Virus record (IMG/VR): IMGVR_UViG_3300035507_000199
Coordinates: 12,201-76,200 of that record
From: a virus
Lineage: Duplodnaviria; Caudoviricetes
Reading direction: 5' to 3' (one strand)
Length of the DNA: 64,000 bases
Positions within the stretch are counted from its first letter, which is position 1. Each line of letters opens with the position of its first letter. Shown piece after piece: positions 59,634 to 64,000 of the stretch. The translations under genes were made by a program, and so were the position numbers. The notes below the pieces were generated by a model. That model was given only the letters and a program-made list of their open reading frames with translations, was not told the origin of the DNA and ran no database searches.

Positions 59634-59804
59634 ATGATTGCATTAGTAGTTTTAGCATTAGTGGCGGATTTCTTTATTACTGCGGGCCTGCTTTGGCTTC
59701 TGCTGTTTGTCCTTCAGTTCGCCGGGGTATTCATTACATTCACCTGGAGTCTGGCCTTTGTGGTTTGGGTTGCGGTGATAATTATTAAGTTGATGTTTAA
59801 GTGA
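59634..59804 (+). CDS. Very hydrophobic two-TM peptide (56 aa)
   Basis: Start corrected to ATG after AAAGGAG; preceded by a structured leader. Confidence 0.65.
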   Translation: MIALVVLALVADFFITAGLLWLLLFVLQFAGVFITFTWSLAFVVWVAVIIIKLMFK

Positions 59805-59832
59805 AAGAGCTAAGTAATTAGCTCTTTTTTTT
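59804..59832. terminator. Intrinsic terminator, possibly bidirectional
   Basis: AAAGAGCTAA-GTAA-TTAGCTCTTT plus T-tract. Confidence 0.7.
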
Positions 59833-59880
59833 GTTTCAATTTTGGCCGGCCGCGCACTGTCCTTGCGGCCGGAATTTTCA

Positions 59881-59909
59881 ATTATACCACCACCCCGCAA
59901 TTTTGTCAA
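59881..59909 (-). promoter_or_regulatory. Antisense sigma-A promoter
   Basis: TTGACA-N17(ending TGG)-TATAAT on the minus strand; no credible gene downstream. Confidence 0.7.
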
Positions 59910-60030
59910 TAGACAGATTGCATAAATATTTGGTAGTAAAAATCCTGAAATTTGTGCAATTTTTTTGCTTGACTTCTGGAATGGGCGGTGGTATAATGAT
60001 ATCATCAAATGAAGGAAGAGGAACTTGAAA

Positions 60031-60237
60031 ATGAGATTATTGACAATAGAAGAGTTTGACACCATGAAGATGTATGAATTGCCGAATGGAATTTACAATA
60101 CTATCGAAAGGGAAATGATGAAGACTTTACCAGATGCTATTGTTAAAAAAATCATGTTGAAGTTTTTATCTAAAACAGTTAGAGAATTTTCTTGCAATAG
60201 TTACGTTAACATTATGAATTGTTTTCAACTAATTTAA
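60031..60237 (+). CDS. Hypothetical protein (68 aa)
   Basis: Promoter 59969; GAGGA RBS. Confidence 0.6.
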   Translation: MRLLTIEEFDTMKMYELPNGIYNTIEREMMKTLPDAIVKKIMLKFLSKTVREFSCNSYVNIMNCFQLI

Positions 60238-60305
60238 AAAAAGTATTGACAAATGAACGTAAAGGCGTTATAATAATACTATCAAAAGAAAGAGAGGTAA
60301 ATAAA

Positions 60306-60752
60306 ATGAGATTTGAGGAAATGATGAATGCAAGACAGGTAAAGAGAGAGCACGTTGTTAGAGAATGGTGGAATGAGAATGGCTACAAGGTTATGAGAGT
60401 GGTTCTGTATCCTCTCTATGTCGGATACCGAGTAGTTGAAAAATATAAAGAGAAACAGGGCGAAAAACTTGTATGGTCTGAGGAACAAGCTAAAGAGGTT
60501 CTTGACAGAAACATTCCAAAAATTTGTGAGACTTTTGATTCTAATGGTCTGGAAGTTAATACAAGAATATTCCTCTGGAATAATAAAATGAAAAAATTCA
60601 CAAGAAAAGATAGAAAATGGGTTCATAAATTTAGAAATCAGTTAGTTGATTATCTTATTAACGACTATGAAATTGAAAATAGTGACAAAAAATTTGATGA
60701 TTGTTTCGGCGGTTATCGTGAAGGTTATGTAATTTTTACAGAAAAATTTTAA
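60306..60752 (+). CDS. Hypothetical protein (148 aa)
   Basis: Start corrected; promoter 60246 and GAGAGGT RBS. Confidence 0.65.
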   Translation: MRFEEMMNARQVKREHVVREWWNENGYKVMRVVLYPLYVGYRVVEKYKEKQGEKLVWSEEQAKEVLDRNIPKICETFDSNGLEVNTRIFLWNNKMKKFTRKDRKWVHKFRNQLVDYLINDYEIENSDKKFDDCFGGYREGYVIFTEKF

Positions 60753-60821
60753 AAAAAAAGGTTGACAAGTTCAATCCCTTCTGTTATAATAAATGTATCA
60801 AATGAAAGAGAGGTAAACAGA

Positions 60822-61025
60822 ATGTATTACGGATTAGTCAAAATTACTGGGGATTCAAATAATTATTTTATTAAATCAAAATATCCAATTCGGAATAAAC
60901 AGCAGATGCTTAATAAAATGGCGCTTAAGTATGATAAATGGAATAAAGAAGATTTTGTAATGCGTCCATGCACTTTTGCAGAATATTATTTGGGAATTTT
61001 ACTTGACAAAATTGTAAATAAATAA
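60822..61025 (+). CDS. Hypothetical protein (67 aa)
   Basis: Start corrected; promoter 60762. Confidence 0.6.
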   Translation: MYYGLVKITGDSNNYFIKSKYPIRNKQQMLNKMALKYDKWNKEDFVMRPCTFAEYYLGILLDKIVNK

Positions 61026-61095
61026 AAAAAAGTGTTGACAAACCGCACGTTCAGTGCTATAATAACATTATCAAATGAAAGAGAGGAAATCAAAA

Positions 61096-61551
61096 ATGAC
61101 AAAACAGACAATGATTAAAAATTATAGAAAGTTCAGTGCGGCAGATGCTTACATCTTAGGTTTTATTTACAAACACTTCGTTTACATGATTCAGGTTGAT
61201 GAAATCATGCCGAGGTTCATGCGAGTAGAACATGAATCCAGTAAAAAAGGTGGCGCTGAAAAATTACAGTTCAGGCTTCCGCAGAAATACCAAGAACAGC
61301 TTATTAAAAAAGGTGCTACGTGTTTAGGTTCAGAAGAAATTTTAAATGGCAGATACAACAAAGGCGTTGAGTTTGAAAGAATCATTTCTGAATTAAACGG
61401 GCAGGAATTTAGAGGTAAGGACAATGTTCCATTCTACGTTGAAGGTGACTTGAACATCAATGGGAAAGAAGTACAGGTAAAATTCAATGGTGCACAGATT
61501 GTTTGTGTAAGAACCTTGAAAAAATTACAGAAAATGCAGAAAACCGCTTGA
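61096..61551 (+). CDS. Hypothetical protein, possible PD-(D/E)XK-like fold (151 aa)
   Basis: NKGVEFERII..GDLNINGKEVQVK resembles an E..D..QxK nuclease motif; start corrected. Confidence 0.5.
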   Translation: MTKQTMIKNYRKFSAADAYILGFIYKHFVYMIQVDEIMPRFMRVEHESSKKGGAEKLQFRLPQKYQEQLIKKGATCLGSEEILNGRYNKGVEFERIISELNGQEFRGKDNVPFYVEGDLNINGKEVQVKFNGAQIVCVRTLKKLQKMQKTA

Positions 61552-61602
61552 CAAGCGGTTCTGCATCTGCTATAATTAGTATCAGAAAGAGAGGTAAATG
61601 AA

Positions 61603-61722
61603 ATGTCAATCTTGTACACAACTAAGGAAGCTTTTGAGAAGGCAGAAAAGTATTTAAAAGAAAATCAGTTCTTGTATGTGGTAGAAAAGGACGCTAATGG
61701 CTACAAAATAATTTTAAAATAG
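61603..61722 (+). CDS. Hypothetical peptide (39 aa, not in ORF track)
   Basis: Promoter 61548, GAGAGGT RBS; MSILYTTKEAFEKAEKYL...KIILK*. Confidence 0.55.
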   Translation: MSILYTTKEAFEKAEKYLKENQFLYVVEKDANGYKIILK

Positions 61723-61802
61723 TTAAAAGAAAATACTTGACAATTACCAAAAAATAGGTTATAATAATATTATCAAAAGAAAGAAAGAAAGAGGTAGATA
61801 AA

Positions 61803-62243
61803 ATGACAAGAACAATTTATTTCGACATGGACGGAACAATCGCAAACTTCTATGGAGTAGAGGGATGGCTGGAAGATTTAATGAACTCGAACACAAGACC
61901 TTATGAAATTGCAAAACCGCTTTTAAACTTTTCAAGTTTCGCAAGACAGCTTCACAGATTGCAGAACAGCGGTTACAGAATCGGAATTGTATCGTGGCTT
62001 TCCAAGAGTGGCTCACCAGAGTTCAATGCAGAAGTTACCGCAACAAAGCTGAAATGGCTTGCTAAACATCTTCCGAGCGTTGAATGGGATGAAATCAAAA
62101 TTGTTACTTATGGAACACCAAAAAGTTCGGTAGTATCTGACAGAACAGGTTTCCTGTTCGATGATGAAGAAAGAAATAGAACAGAATGGGGCGCAAATGC
62201 TTTCGATGTTCAGAACATCATGGAAATTCTCAGAAGCTTCTGA
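61803..62243 (+). CDS. HAD-superfamily phosphatase (5'(3')-deoxyribonucleotidase-like)
   Basis: IYFDMDGT motif I, IVSW motif II, K motif III, LFDD motif IV. Confidence 0.85.
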   Translation: MTRTIYFDMDGTIANFYGVEGWLEDLMNSNTRPYEIAKPLLNFSSFARQLHRLQNSGYRIGIVSWLSKSGSPEFNAEVTATKLKWLAKHLPSVEWDEIKIVTYGTPKSSVVSDRTGFLFDDEERNRTEWGANAFDVQNIMEILRSF

Positions 62244-62309
62244 GAATTTCCCCTTGACAAGGGGCGCCAACAGTGGTATAATAAAGAAAAAAGAAAAGAG
62301 GTTGATACA

Positions 62310-62519
62310 ATGAAAAGAATTTACGTTTGGGATAGCGATGGAGACATTGGAGCGTACGCAACAAAAGAGTTAGCAATGCAAGCCTTTGAAACCTATTATT
62401 TAAACTATCGGTTTAAAGAGAGCGAGGAAAAAGAAAAAGAAGAAGCGCGCCAACAGATGGAAGAAGAAGGCTATTACTACGATGAGCAGATTTATCCAGT
62501 GAATTTTTACGAGGATTGA
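62310..62519 (+). CDS. Hypothetical acidic protein (69 aa)
   Basis: Own promoter and leader. Confidence 0.6.
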   Translation: MKRIYVWDSDGDIGAYATKELAMQAFETYYLNYRFKESEEKEKEEARQQMEEEGYYYDEQIYPVNFYED

Positions 62520-62533
62520 AAGGGGGCAAACAA

Positions 62534-62737
62534 ATGTTCTGGGTTTTGCGGTTTGTGGATAGTGTTGATGATCATTATTTTCTGGAATGGGATAATGCAG
62601 TAAAATACTTTCGGGAGAATATTCTTCTGGGAGTAGATAGAAAAACAAGACTGGAAGCATTAGACAATATAGAAAAGTATGGCGAGTGGCAAGGCTGGTC
62701 TATTTATCTTGATGAATTTGAGGATGGTGAGAAGTAA
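62534..62737 (+). CDS. Hypothetical acidic protein (67 aa)
   Basis: Start corrected to ATG after AAAGGGGG. Confidence 0.6.
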   Translation: MFWVLRFVDSVDDHYFLEWDNAVKYFRENILLGVDRKTRLEALDNIEKYGEWQGWSIYLDEFEDGEK

Positions 62738-62859
62738 AAAGTCAAGAGTCAAGTTGCACAAACTTGACTCTAAATTTTTGTTTAAATTACCTATTGACAA
62801 ATTCCAAAAGATGATGTAAAATGGCGCGCCGGCCACGCACCTGGGCCGGCGAAATTTCC

Positions 62860-62888
62860 ATTATACCACACGGCTCAGCTTTTGTCAA
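62860..62888 (-). promoter_or_regulatory. Antisense sigma-A promoter
   Basis: TTGACA-N17(ending TGG)-TATAAT on the minus strand; homologous to 59881-59909. Confidence 0.7.
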
Positions 62889-63168
62889 GCGAAAAGTTGC
62901 ACAAATTTTCTCGCTTAAATTCTCCCGAAATTGGGCACTTTGCTATTGGACCTGTGTCAACTGGCAATCTGCACAAACTTTTTCTGTTATCTTTGTGCAG
63001 ATTGCCTATTGCGCTTTTGATCAAGATGGCTTATAATAGGTTTATCAGTTGAGGGGAACAGAAGTCAAGAGCAAACAAAAAAAAAATAAAAATAAATAAA
63101 AAAAATGCTTGACAAGCTTCCTACTCCATGATATAATAAATACATAAAGAACAGAGAGGTAAAAAGAA

Positions 63169-63867
63169 ATGGAGCAGAAAAAAATCGACAGAAGAATTAG
63201 TTACAAGGTAGTTTTAGATTGTGAGAGTTGTCCGCTTGACAAAACTCTGGAAGGTGTACTTCCTAGCAACATGTTTTCCTATGATGTGGGTTGGGCGGTA
63301 GTTGATAAAAGGGGCTTTGTGTATGTAGTGAGAAGCTTTGTTGTTGATGAAATTTTCAACAAAGAAAAAGAGTTGATGCAGTCAAGCTATTATGCAAAAA
63401 AAATTCCGATGTATAAAAAGGAAATTGCAGAGGGCAAAAGAATTGTTGCAAGTTTCTATGAAATCAGAAAACAGCTTGCGGATGACATGAAACTCTATGA
63501 AGTTAAAGAAGTCTATGCGCACAACATGCGTTTTGACTATGGAACTTTAAACAATACACAAAGATGGTTGACAAAATCAAAATATCGGTTTTTCTTTCCT
63601 TATGGAACTGAAATTTGCGATACTTTGAAAATGTCAAGACAGGTTATTGGAAAAATGCCAACTTATCAGAAATTTTGTGAAGAAAATGGTTATTTAACCA
63701 AAAATGGCAGACTTCGGTTTACCGCTGAAATCCTTTACAGATTTATTTCAAAAAACAATGAATTTTCTGAAAACCACACTGGTTTAGAAGATGTTTTAAT
63801 TGAAAAAGAAATTCTTGCATACTGTTTTAAACAGCACAAGAAAATGGTTCGGAAGTTGTGGGCTTAA
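63169..63867 (+). CDS. DEDDh 3'-5' exonuclease (DnaQ-like)
   Basis: VVLDCES (ExoI), AHNMRFD (ExoII), HTGLED (ExoIII). Confidence 0.85.
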   Translation: MEQKKIDRRISYKVVLDCESCPLDKTLEGVLPSNMFSYDVGWAVVDKRGFVYVVRSFVVDEIFNKEKELMQSSYYAKKIPMYKKEIAEGKRIVASFYEIRKQLADDMKLYEVKEVYAHNMRFDYGTLNNTQRWLTKSKYRFFFPYGTEICDTLKMSRQVIGKMPTYQKFCEENGYLTKNGRLRFTAEILYRFISKNNEFSENHTGLEDVLIEKEILAYCFKQHKKMVRKLWA

Positions 63868-63879
63868 ACAAGCCCACAA
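63856..63879 (+). terminator. Hairpin overlapping the exonuclease stop codon
   Basis: TTGTGGGCTT-AAAC-AAGCCCACAA. Confidence 0.55.
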
Positions 63880-64000
63880 GGACGGCAAAAAAAATAAAAA
63901 AAAAGCTTGACAAACAAGTCAACCTGTGGTATCATTAAAGAGTAGCAAGGGAAGGAAAGTCAAGAGCGAAATAAAAAAAAGAAAAAAAAATAAAAAAAAA

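Larger units (their letters stand above)
54798..63935 (+). repeat. Dispersed array of promoter/leader cassettes
   Basis: -35 hexamers at 54798, 55221, 55722, 56027, 56568, 56913, 57224, 57447, 57793, 58032, 58425, 58914, 59498, 59969, 60246, 60762, 61035, 61548, 61737, 62254, 62794, 63009, 63109, 63907. Each has a 17-bp spacer to TATAAT or a 1-mismatch variant; most are followed by TATCAAAAGAAAGAGAGG-like leaders. Confidence 0.85.

Noticed and set aside
55718-62999. Cassette hairpins or TGCACAAA repeats as a CRISPR array
   Set aside because: Repeats are degenerate and separated by whole genes, not by constant 30-40 bp spacers; no cas genes
1-64000. Stop-codon reassignment
   Set aside because: Very long ORFs are intact in code 11, and TAG/TGA stops coincide with gene boundaries

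Overview
64 kb of a large, AT-rich tailed dsDNA phage genome. The host is most likely a Firmicute (Bacillota), inferred from consensus sigma-A promoters, strong AGGAGG ribosome-binding sites and an AbrB-like gene. Positions 1-52.3 kb (minus strand) are a complete morphogenesis module with SPbeta/c-st-like gene order: an HTH/Zn-finger regulator, a putative TerS, TerL, a small PD-(D/E)XK nuclease, portal, protease/scaffold, head protein, major capsid, neck genes, major tail protein, a 3265-aa tape measure protein, tail-tip/baseplate proteins and fibres. It ends in a >1600-aa protein with LamG-like and CotH-kinase-like motifs that runs off the left edge and is missing from the ORF track. No sheath gene is recognisable, so a long non-contractile tail is likely. 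Positions 52.3-64 kb (plus strand) are an early/accessory region: AbrB-like, SLOG, NDT, HAD phosphatase, DEDDh exonuclease, wHTH and many tiny unknown genes, nearly each with its own consensus promoter. The most striking unexplained features are regulatory. First, about 24 promoter cassettes, many with the -35 box folded into a hairpin. Second, six TGCACAAA-N14/N24-TTTGTGCA inverted sites, mostly exactly 9 bp from -35 hexamers. Third, repeated antisense promoters driving short GC-hairpin RNAs. Fourth, a candidate phage late-promoter motif. All functional calls come from motifs and synteny read by eye; no searches were run.
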